From contig JBFMBF010000001.1 in the NCBI GenBank assembly GCA_040755315.1, positions 29,109 through 93,108 on the forward strand: a DNA stretch of 64,000 bases. Reading direction: 5' to 3'. The DNA is from Candidatus Hadarchaeota archaeon (GTDB taxonomy: Archaea > Hadarchaeota > Hadarchaeia > Hadarchaeales > Hadarchaeaceae). The translations under genes and the position numbers were made by a program. How positions within the stretch are numbered: position 1 is the first letter of the stretch; every line of letters begins with the position of its first letter. Positions 46,915 to 56,500 of this stretch are shown here, piece by piece. Below the pieces are notes generated by a model that was not told the origin of the DNA, searched no databases, and worked only from the letters and a program-made list of their open reading frames with translations.

Positions 46915-47385
46915 CTATTTCCGGCGCATTTTCAGGGCCATGAAGATTCCGGCCGAGATTACAACCGCGACGACTGCGGGGGCCCAGCTGTCCGCCTGGA
47001 TGAGACCTAGCTGGAAGCCCCAAGCCCAGCTGAAGGGGAATAGGAGGACCATCCCCCCTCCGGCGTGCAGAAGCAGAGAGTCCAGCGCAAAGTGGACGGC
47101 GACGCCGGCCGTGAGTAGCAGGAAGCTTCGCCTTCTGTTTGAGAACATCAGGGAAATCAGCCCGGCAGAGAGGAGGCCACCGGTTATGGTGTGGAAGGGC
47201 AAGAGGGCGCCGGAGGCGTCGACGCCCGCAAAGCCAAGCAGGTACCCGATGTAAACTATGTCTGGGAGGACGCCACCGAGCATCAGCAGGGCAATGTCTT
47301 TTTGTAGCAGTTTGGGGTTCTTGAGCTGGAAGAGCTTGCCGCCGATCCACGGGACCAGGACATGGGCGATCCAATCTGGCATCAT
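46915..47385 (-). CDS. Membrane-bound metal-dependent hydrolase family protein (DUF457-like), paralog of 5689..6135
   Basis: HFALDSLLLHAGGGMVLLFPFS aligns with HIFIDAIDEKGRMLLYPFS of the paralog; polytopic. Confidence 0.45.
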   Translation of the reverse strand: MMPDWIAHVLVPWIGGKLFQLKNPKLLQKDIALLMLGGVLPDIVYIGYLLGFAGVDASGALLPFHTITGGLLSAGLISLMFSNRRRSFLLLTAGVAVHFALDSLLLHAGGGMVLLFPFSWAWGFQLGLIQADSWAPAVVAVVISAGIFMALKMRRK

Positions 47386-47834
47386 CTCCTCTCCACGAAC
47401 ATGAACTTCTTCGCCGCGAACTTCCAGCTCCTGAAAAAGACGAAGACAAGGATGGCGGCGCCGGCCAGCGAGCGGGCTAACTCGAGGTAGTAGCTCGCGC
47501 GGTCGTAAACCACAACGCTGCTGGAGGCCAAGCGGTAGTTTTCGCCAAGGGTGCCCAGAACCTCCACTAAATCCCCGGCCTTTGCCGATAGCGGCGCCAC
47601 CGTGAAGTTCAGCTCTCCGGACGACACCACAACACCGTTTTCCGCCACGCTTGCGACCGTCCCGAAGACGAAGACTTCTCTCCCCACGTAACTCTGGTAG
47701 CCCGAGGCGATTTCATCAGAAGTGGGATATGGCCGGTGGCGCTTGTACTCAAGGCCGCTGTAAATTGATAGCGCGGCGATGGCGAGCAAGAGCAGGGCTG
47801 CAACTGCCCAAGTTTTGCCCTTCATTAATAGCAC
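47382..47834 (-). CDS. Hypothetical membrane protein (N- and C-terminal TM helices flanking a beta-rich domain)
   Basis: Hydropathy pattern only. The stop overlaps the downstream DUF457 start in an ATGA arrangement. Confidence 0.3.
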   Translation of the reverse strand: MLLMKGKTWAVAALLLLAIAALSIYSGLEYKRHRPYPTSDEIASGYQSYVGREVFVFGTVASVAENGVVVSSGELNFTVAPLSAKAGDLVEVLGTLGENYRLASSSVVVYDRASYYLELARSLAGAAILVFVFFRSWKFAAKKFMFVERR

Positions 47835-48763
47835 TCTATCAACATCTTGAGGCCCTTCTCGAACGGAACCTTGGCCTCGAACCCGAGGAGCTTCCTCGCC
47901 TTTGCTGTGTCCGCCTGGTGCCTGTAGACGTAGCCGGTGATGGGGTTCGGCGCGTACTTGGGCTTGATGTTTTTGCCCAAGTAGCTGCTCAAAAGGGCGG
48001 TGGCGTCGTTGACTGATATCGTCCTGCCGGTCCCGACGTTGAAGACCTCTCCCGCCACTCCTTTTCTGGTCGCGGCCAGGAAGTTTGCTTGGGCGACATC
48101 TCCCACGTAGACGAAGTCCCTCGTCTGCTTACCGTCGCCGTAGATCAATGGTCTCTCCCCCTTCTTCATCCCCCAGACGAACTGCGTGATAAGGTTGGCG
48201 TACTTCCCCTTTGGCCCCTCCCCCGGCCCGTAGACGCTGAAGTACCTCAGCCCGACGGTTTCGAGGCCGCGCTCGGCCGTGAATGTTTTTGCGAGGTGTT
48301 CCGCCGCGAACTTGGTCATGGAATAAAAGTTCCCGCATTTCTGGATGAAAACGTCCTCTTTGAATGGAGTTGGCAGGGAGCCGTAGATGGTCGAGGTGGA
48401 GGCGTGCACCACCCTCTTCACGCCGTTTTCATGGGCCCAGCGGAGGAGGTTGGCGAACCCCATCACGTTGACAGATATTCCGAGGCCGGGGTCGGGGACG
48501 AACATCTGGGATGAAGAGACGGCGGCCTGGTGGAAGACGTAGTCCACCCCGCGGGTCGCCTTTTTCACAATTTTTTCGTCCCGGACGTCGCCCTTGATCA
48601 GTTCTATTTCTTTGGCGACGTCGTCAAGGTTGTCTGATTTCCCGAGGAAGAAGTTGTCGAGGACGCGGACTTCCCACCCTTTTTTGAGGGCGCCCTTCAC
48701 GATGTTGGACCCTATGAAGCCGGCCCCGCCCGTGACCAGAACTTTCAGACAATCACCTTTCAA
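47825..48763 (-). CDS. NAD-dependent sugar epimerase (UDP-glucose/UDP-GlcNAc 4-epimerase, WbpP-like)
   Basis: VTGGAGFIGSN and a YSMTK catalytic YxxxK; about 312 aa. Confidence 0.8.
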   Translation of the reverse strand: MKGDCLKVLVTGGAGFIGSNIVKGALKKGWEVRVLDNFFLGKSDNLDDVAKEIELIKGDVRDEKIVKKATRGVDYVFHQAAVSSSQMFVPDPGLGISVNVMGFANLLRWAHENGVKRVVHASTSTIYGSLPTPFKEDVFIQKCGNFYSMTKFAAEHLAKTFTAERGLETVGLRYFSVYGPGEGPKGKYANLITQFVWGMKKGERPLIYGDGKQTRDFVYVGDVAQANFLAATRKGVAGEVFNVGTGRTISVNDATALLSSYLGKNIKPKYAPNPITGYVYRHQADTAKARKLLGFEAKVPFEKGLKMLIECY

Positions 48764-48915
48764 AGATACGACTCCCGTTATTAAAGACTAGATTATCAAA
48801 TACTCCGTCAGTCCTCCGCTTCCAGTGGGTGATTTTTCCGGCTCGGCTCTTGACCCGGCCAAATGAGAAAACTGGCAGCATAACTTTTCAAGGTGAGAGG
48901 CTGAAGTGCAGAATC

Positions 48916-49719
48916 TTGAGACCATTAGCTGTTGCTTTAGTCCTTTTGTTTGTATCAAATTATCTCGTTCCGCTTTCCTCGGCTCTTGAAGAAAATTCAA
49001 GTGCAACGTTTTCATTTACCATCCCGCAAGATGAAAACGCTCAGCCTGAAAATTTCGCGCAGGGTTCGGACGCAACTTCTCCGGACAACGGCGAGAACTC
49101 GGACCACCCGGAACCGGAGAATCTGGTCTGGTACTACGCCGAGAACCTGTGGGCCCCGGCAGACGTGCACAGCCCGTTCGCAGACAGGGTTTTCTTCATA
49201 AACGCGCCCTATGACCCGACTGAGGGCCTTCCCGAGAATATGCTGGGATTGCCAGATGGTGCATACTGCGACCTCAACGGCGGCCAAACCACCGTGGGCT
49301 TCCCGAACGAGTCCAGGAACGCTTTTCTAGATTACGGAGTGCCCATCCCTCCCGGCACTGACCTGATCATCTTCGACCGCGGGTACTTCGACTTCCCGGC
49401 GCTCGTGACTTTCGGTTTCGGTGTCCCGTTGGACGCGGACAACGATGGGATGGCGGACAATCCGTCCGGCGTTGCCAGCTACATTGGTGGTGCGGTTTCT
49501 CCACTGCAGTACGGCTCAGTTGAACCCCTGAACCTGGCGTTCTTTGATATAGGTGACTACGGTCAATTGAATCCAATACCAAATGACCTGTTCGTATCTG
49601 TCGACGATGCGGGCGACTACGACATAGACTCGTTCGAGATAGGGTTTTCAGTTTTAGATACAGCGCCGCCCACTTCCATGGTTCTGCCGTTCGACGGCAA
49701 GGCCTTCGTGGGGATCTAG
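48916..49719 (+). CDS. Secreted protein; stand-alone diverged duplicate of the N-terminal domain of the giant protein at 50587..58242
   Basis: About 90% aa identity to residues 1 to about 265 of the giant protein, including the signal peptide (MRPLAVALVLLFVS...SSA). It diverges after ...MVLPFDG and stops seven codons later. About 30 nt of upstream leader are also duplicated. Probable TTG start. Confidence 0.55.
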   Translation: MRPLAVALVLLFVSNYLVPLSSALEENSSATFSFTIPQDENAQPENFAQGSDATSPDNGENSDHPEPENLVWYYAENLWAPADVHSPFADRVFFINAPYDPTEGLPENMLGLPDGAYCDLNGGQTTVGFPNESRNAFLDYGVPIPPGTDLIIFDRGYFDFPALVTFGFGVPLDADNDGMADNPSGVASYIGGAVSPLQYGSVEPLNLAFFDIGDYGQLNPIPNDLFVSVDDAGDYDIDSFEIGFSVLDTAPPTSMVLPFDGKAFVGI

Positions 49720-49852
49720 CACACTTTGGCCACGTTCAAATCCGGTAGATGATTGGACAGATCATATGCTGAAAAGTATCCGACACAGGGGGTTTCGTTG
49801 AGTCGGCTGGTACAAATCTCAGATTCGTAGCAAAAACAGCGGCGGGCGAAAT

Positions 49853-50485
49853 TTATCCCACCCGATTAACACCGGAGATTGTTAGTCCGGAAGGCGGGGT
49901 GGAAAATCCATCTCCATAACTGCTTGCTGTTAGTTCTAACACATCTCCTCTGTTCCACAGCATTGCGGCGGGTTTATGACCGGTTCCGTAACTGTTGGTT
50001 TCTTCGTTGTCATTGTCCACCCACAAATAAAGATACGCGTTTTCCCCATGCTCAAGTTTTCCAACTACAGTAACTGGTACGTGCAAACTCCAGCGAACAA
50101 ATGCGTTTTGGGCCGCAGAAGCCGCCCAGTAGCCATTCTCCTCCACATACCCTCGTGCGTAATTCTCCTGCCCCTTCACATCAGCGACAAATGTGCCCCA
50201 TCCGCGCGTGGTGTTGCTTATTTTTACGATTAGACCATGGTCTTTGTCTCCAACATATCTAAGAGATTTTACAGTTGTATAAAATCGTATTACCATATTT
50301 TCATTGCTAAATATTTCGCTAGAAGTTGTGTCACTGTCAAATACCTCTGCATTGAATTCCCCCACAACAGGATCTACTGTAGGAATAAATGGCGATTGTG
50401 TGACAATCAAAATCACAGTTGTCGTGATAGCAATAACTGTAACAATGCTTACAATTTTCCATTTTTTAGAACGAATGGCTTTCAT
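49853..50485 (-). CDS. Hypothetical membrane-anchored protein (N-terminal TM plus an extracytoplasmic domain of about 180 aa)
   Basis: AT-rich (about 40% GC). Start at the internal MKAIRSKKWKIVSIV; the longer ORF to 50686 is the antisense of the duplicated leader. No family recognised. Confidence 0.4.
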   Translation of the reverse strand: MKAIRSKKWKIVSIVTVIAITTTVILIVTQSPFIPTVDPVVGEFNAEVFDSDTTSSEIFSNENMVIRFYTTVKSLRYVGDKDHGLIVKISNTTRGWGTFVADVKGQENYARGYVEENGYWAASAAQNAFVRWSLHVPVTVVGKLEHGENAYLYLWVDNDNEETNSYGTGHKPAAMLWNRGDVLELTASSYGDGFSTPPSGLTISGVNRVG

Positions 50486-50586
50486 CTGTTGAACACCTTT
50501 TGAGCAAACCTCAGTTAATAATTCACGCCAAGTCTTAAATAATAAGTGGCCGAAGTTTCCAAGGTGAGAGGCTGAAATGCGGAATC

Positions 50587-53500
50587 TTGAGGCCGTTAGC
50601 TGTAGCTCTGGTCCTTTTGTTCGTGTCAACTTATCTCGCCCCGCTTTCCTCGGCTCTTGAAGAAAATTCAAGTGCAACGTTCTCATTTACCATCCCGCAA
50701 GATGAAAACACTCAGGCCGAAAACTCCTCGCAGGGTCCGGACGCAACCTCTCCGGACAACGGCGAGAACTTGGACAACTCGGAACCGGAGAACCTCGTCT
50801 GGTACTACGCCGAAAACCTGTGGGCCCCGGCAGAGGTGCACAGCCCGTTCGCCAACAGGGTTTTCTTCATAAACGCGCCCTATGACCCGACCGAAGGCCT
50901 GCCGGAGAACATGTTGGGGTTGCCGGATGGAGTATACTGCGACCTCAACGGCGGCCAGGCGACCGTGGGATTCCCAAACGAGGCCAGGAACGCTTTTCTA
51001 GACTACGGGGTGCCCATCCCTCCCGGCACTGACCTGATCATCTTTGACCGTGGAAGCCTTGACCTGCCGAACCTCGTGACTTTTGGTTTCGGTGCCCCTG
51101 TGGACGCGGACAACGACGGGATGGCGGATAATCCATCTGGCGTTGCCAGCTATATTGGAGGAGCAGTTTCTCCGCTGCCGTATGGCTCCATCGAACTCCT
51201 GAACCTGGCGTTTTTTGACATCGGCGATTACGGTCAATTGAACCCAATACCAAACAACTTGTTTGTGTCTGTAGACGATGCAGGCGACTACGACGTGGAC
51301 TCGTTTGAGATAGGGTTTTCGGTTCTAGATACAGCGCCGCCCACTTCCATGGTTCTGCCGTTCGATGGCGAGGAATACTGGAAGGAGCTTGAGCCGGGAC
51401 AGAGTTTTTCCGTCAGCGCGGTGGCGGCCGACAACGTTGGAGTGAGAAATGTCCAGCTCTGGTATAGGTATTCGCTCGACAACTGGACGGACAACGTGGC
51501 ATGGAAGAAGCGCGGCTGGCAGCTGTATGGGGCGGACGTGAGCGGCGCCGATGGATGGAGCTGGAACTTCACACCCGAGAAGTACGGGTACTACGAGTTC
51601 GTCAGCGTGGCGACTGATTCGAGTGGGAACCGGGAGGACAAGGAAAACGTGTTTAGAGATAACTTGGCGGAGGCGAGATGCAGAGTGGCGAAGGATCTGG
51701 TGAGAGTGGCGGTGATCTTCGCGGAACCAAACGATGTTGATAATTTGGGCCAGCGGAATTGGGTTGATCCACAAACTGGACAAACAGAAAACTTACCAAC
51801 TCGTGAATTTTTCCGAAGGACTTTTGGAATACTGAAGAGTTATTGCGATGAGGTTTCATCTGGGGCGTTGGCAGTTAGGTTAGAAGACGAAGATATACAC
51901 GATGCAAATGGTATTTGGTATACGCTTGGCATGCCGCAAAACAACTATCTTTATTTTTACAGACCAGCGGGCAGCTGGACATATTCAAATCAATTTCTCA
52001 TAGATGCGATAAACGCGGCGGATGTTGATATCGTGTATGGAGACTATAAAGCAGTTATTGTCGTTGGAGCACTTGGTACTTTTCCAGGGCTCTTTGCTTA
52101 CTATGGCGGGGCAGATTATAAACTGGAAGAAGTCAAGACTAACACAGATGAAATAGCGTACAACCCAATATTTTTTGACGAGTTAGATGTAGATCCAAAT
52201 GACCTTACGCTAGCTCACGAAGTTGGGCATGCGCTTGGAAAAATACTTGCTAATGAAAAGCTTCCAGAGCTTTACAATACAACTGGATCATGGGGAGATG
52301 TAGATGGCTGGGATCCAATGGGGAATGAGCGTTGGCCGGTCCACTATTCTTCTTGGAGTAAGGAGCGCCTGAAGTGGCTCAACTATCAAAAAGGCGACCT
52401 TACTTCACCTCTAGGCGGCGTTCTCGCTGGCCATATAGATGCACTACCAACTCTTGCTTATGGTGACAACGTATATTTCCTCAAGGTCGATCGGCAGGAC
52501 CAGTGGTGGTGGGGCTGGGGAAACGAGGTCTGGTACGCGTTGGAGTTTAGAACAAACGATCCAAGTGTTAGTAAGGGAGACACAGATGTGCGGGGCACCG
52601 GTTTGGTCATTTACCAAGTAGACTATAGTTGGGAACTGTGGGGGCTAAAATCATATACACGCGTAAATGTTGTAGAAAACGATCAAGACCCGGCCAGCCC
52701 AACTTGGCTTTTACCTTGGGAAATTTACCACTCGGGAATAGGTAATGGAGCGATATTTGCTGCGGGAGAAATTTTTTACCACACGGACGAGGCGTTTCCT
52801 TGGGGCAAAGTTCCCAGCATGAATTTTGTGGTGCAGTATCCATACCCGAAAAGCAGCGCCACAGCCGTGATGTTCCAGATTCCATACGAACTCCGCGGAG
52901 CACTGGCGTCGGCTTCTGTGCAACCGTCGCCGGACTTGGATTTGCATGCTTACGCTGCAGATGGCAGACATGTGGGGGTTAATTATGAAACCGGCGAATA
53001 TGAGATTGAAATAACTGGGGCAACTTCGTCAGGCGACCTATTCCAGGGGAGCGAATGGATTTCAGTTCCTTCAGGCATCGATGCTTTTTTTGTCGTTAGC
53101 AGCCGCGATGTGAAGGAGGCTATACAAGCAGGCGTTGAGCTTGAGAACGAAGCCGGCCTCTATGCCATCAGAGTGGCCCATACAGATGAAAACAGAAATC
53201 TGTATTTCTCACATGCAATTGGACGAGAAATAATGCCTGGTGAAGAAATTGCCCACACGACCACCGCAAGAGTTAAAATAGAAAATATTGCCACCAAGCC
53301 TTTCTCACCGAACCGCGATGGCATAAAAGACACGGCCACTGTTTCATATTTACTTATCGACAACTTCTGGCAAAAGGCCAAGGTTTTAATTGACATTTAC
53401 AATGACGACAACAAGCTGGTTAAAAGGTTGTTTTCGGATTGGGAGAACGCTGGCCGCGATGGTCTGCTTTATTTGTATACATGGGACGGCCGAGATGAAG

Positions 53501-56500
53501 ATGGAGCCATTGCCCCAGACGGAGTTTACACTGTTCGAGTAGACGCGGCGGATGCAATGGGAAACCGTGACGAGGCAAGTGCACAAGTGATTGTTGACAC
53601 CACTTATCCGGTGTCGCTCGTCGAGTCCCCACGGCTCTGGCAAAATACAGAAAACTTTACGGTAACCGCGACAACATCGCATGATTTGAGCGGGATTGAA
53701 AACGTGGAGTTATGGTACAGGTACAGCCCTGACAATCTCTCGTGGTCTGACTGGCAACTTTACGGCTTCAACAACGAGGAACCATATTCCTGGAATTTCA
53801 TGGCAGAAAACGACGGATTTTATGACTTTTACAGCAGGGCAACCGATTGGGCAGGCAATGCCGAGCCACGCCCGAGGAAAGGGAATTGGTCGATGTATGG
53901 GGCCAATCCAGGTCAGACGTTTTACTCCAACTCGTCCGTGCCCCTGCGTCCCGCTTTAGCTTGGAGCAGAAATTTCGAGTCTGAGATATGTGCCCCCGTG
54001 ATTGCCGACAACATGGTTTACGTCGTCAAAGAGGACGGCATAGCTTCCCTCCAAGCTTCGACCGGCAGCACGGTATGGGAGCACTCAGGGTTGGGGTACG
54101 GCGGACCGGAAGTAACATACGGCCCGGCGGTAGTCGGCGGAAACGCGTACGCGTTCTTCGGAGTTGATGGCGAAGGATATCTGTACAGCCTGGACGCAAA
54201 CACGGGGGAAATTCTATGGCGCGCGGCCCCGCCTTACGGCGCCGACTACACGATGAAGGTGCTGGTGGCGGACGGCGTCGTCTACCGGGTTTTCGTGGAC
54301 GACTACGGCAACCCCGCGCAGGTCGTCGCCCTCAACGCCCAGAATGGCAGCTACATTTGGGATACCGGCGACATGGGTGGCAACTTGTACGCCGTGGAGG
54401 ACGGACGCGTTTATCTTAGCCGCGGGGCAAGCGGCGCTGACTGGGTGGATGCCGCCACTGGGGAGTTCGGGGGGCATTACGTGTACCTCGTCGACGGGGA
54501 GATTGTTTCATGCCCATACGACGGCTCAACCCGTCTCGATTTTCTTTATGAAGAAGAGATCGAGGTCGAATACGGCAGGCGTTACGAGTTCTATTTCTGG
54601 TGCCCGAAACATGGCCATGTTGTTGTCCGTGAAGGGCAGGAGATGGAAAAAACGTTTGCCGGGCAGCGCTTCCCTGTCGAGCCGAGGGCCCTGGCGGTGG
54701 CCGATGGCATCGCATACATCTACGGAGAGGACGGAAGCCTGCGTGCCGTTGACACCGCAACGATGCAGACACGCTGGAGCGCCGAGCTTCTCCAGACACC
54801 CAGGCTGCCGGGGTACACCCGCGTCCGGCACGATGGGGCGCTGGCCGTGGGGGACGGCAGGGCTTACCTCGACTTGCGGGAGGTGTATTCTGCATACGAA
54901 GGGGGGCGCTGGATAACCACTTCGTACCACACCATTTACACGGTGGATTCTTCCACCGGAGAACTCCTCTGGGGTTATGATTTCGGGTGGTGGCCGCTGG
55001 ACGGAGGCTGGAGTTTGCACCACCCATACTTGTCTTTAGCCGCTGTGGACGGGAAACTCGTAGTCGGCTCGCCAGACGGGTTGTTCATCCTGAACGGCGG
55101 CAATGACTCAATTGTCTGGAAGAACGAAGATGTGGGCTTTGGAAAGGTCGCTCTGGCGGGAGGAGGGATTTACTACGCGGCCGGAAATAGCCTGTTTTAT
55201 TTCGAGCCGTCAAAGGTCCAAGTCGGCGTGGACACCGCTCCGCCAGATTCGCTCGTTACCCCGATTGAACCCCACTGGCGAACGCTTGGGCCGCTTGAAG
55301 TTAGCGCCACAGCGTCCGACGCGCTGAGTGGAGCCGAAAACGTAGAGCTCTGGTACCGGCACTCGACCGACAACGTGACATGGAGCGGCTGGAAGCCGTA
55401 CGGAAACATGTCGGCCGGAGAAGCGCTGCACAAGGTGAAACTCAGGATAGAGTTCCCGGAAAAAGTCAAGTGGGTGAACGGCGGGGTCATGGTCGGCAAT
55501 CACGTCTTCCAGCAGACTTACGAGGAGAACTCAGTCTTCGAGCTGGAGACCCCCGCGGCGTTCAGAAGAGGCGACACCGTTCAGTGGTACATAGATATGT
55601 GTGTGGAGGGGGCAGGCGGAGAGGTGGAATACTGGACGGGTTACCAAACCCTCGCAATCGAGGACAAGGATGTTTTAATCAATATGGTCATTCATGATTT
55701 GACGGACGAGCGGGCTTTCTCGTTCATGATTTCCGAATACCTGACGCCCCAGACGTTCCAAATCACGTTCACCCCTCCTGCGGGAGACGGCTTGTATGAT
55801 TTTTACTCCATCGCCATTGACCGGGCCGGAAACCGCGAGCAACCCCCCGAAACGGCCGATACAAGAGCTGGCGTCGATACGACTCCTCCCGAATCCCACG
55901 CTAACCCAATAACACCATACTGGCGCAACGCAAACGCTGTGCCGTTTGAGGTGACCGCAACGGCGTTCGATGGGTTAAGTGGCGTAAAGCGGGTGGAGCT
56001 GTGGTACCGATATTCTCCCGACAACCGGAGTTGGGGCAACTGGGCGATGTTCGGCACAGATAATGGGTCGCCCTGGCAATGGCAATTTGATGCGCCCGAA
56101 GGCGACGGATTTTACGAGTTCTGCAGCGTTGCCACAGATGAGCTTGGGAATGCTGAGTTCCTTGTGCCAGTGTTCGTGGACGAATTCGCCGGCACTTTGG
56201 ATTCAACGACTTGGGCGGTCGGGAAGGTGAAAGTCAAGAACGACAGCGCGGCAGTGTCGGGCGGGCACCTGCAACTGGCCTCAAGGGCGGCCACGGCGGG
56301 CACCTATGGCGCGATTTACGCGGTTTCTAATTCTCCATTCGACTTCAGCCGGGGCTTGATATTTGACGTTTCAATGTCTGTGCCAACGGACAACGCGCCA
56401 GCCGACTTCAGGAGCGAGTTTTACCTGGCGCCAGACTACACGACAACGGCAAACCCGCACGACCAGCCGAACTGGATCCGGGTCTCCGCGAGCGTTGACC

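Noticed and set aside
48788-49015. Minus-strand ORFs beginning M(K/R)TLHLNFLQEPRKA at 48788..49015 and 49853..50686 (N-terminal part)
   Set aside because: These are the reverse complements of the duplicated leader / signal-peptide region of the giant gene and its paralog. The similarity between them simply mirrors that duplication.
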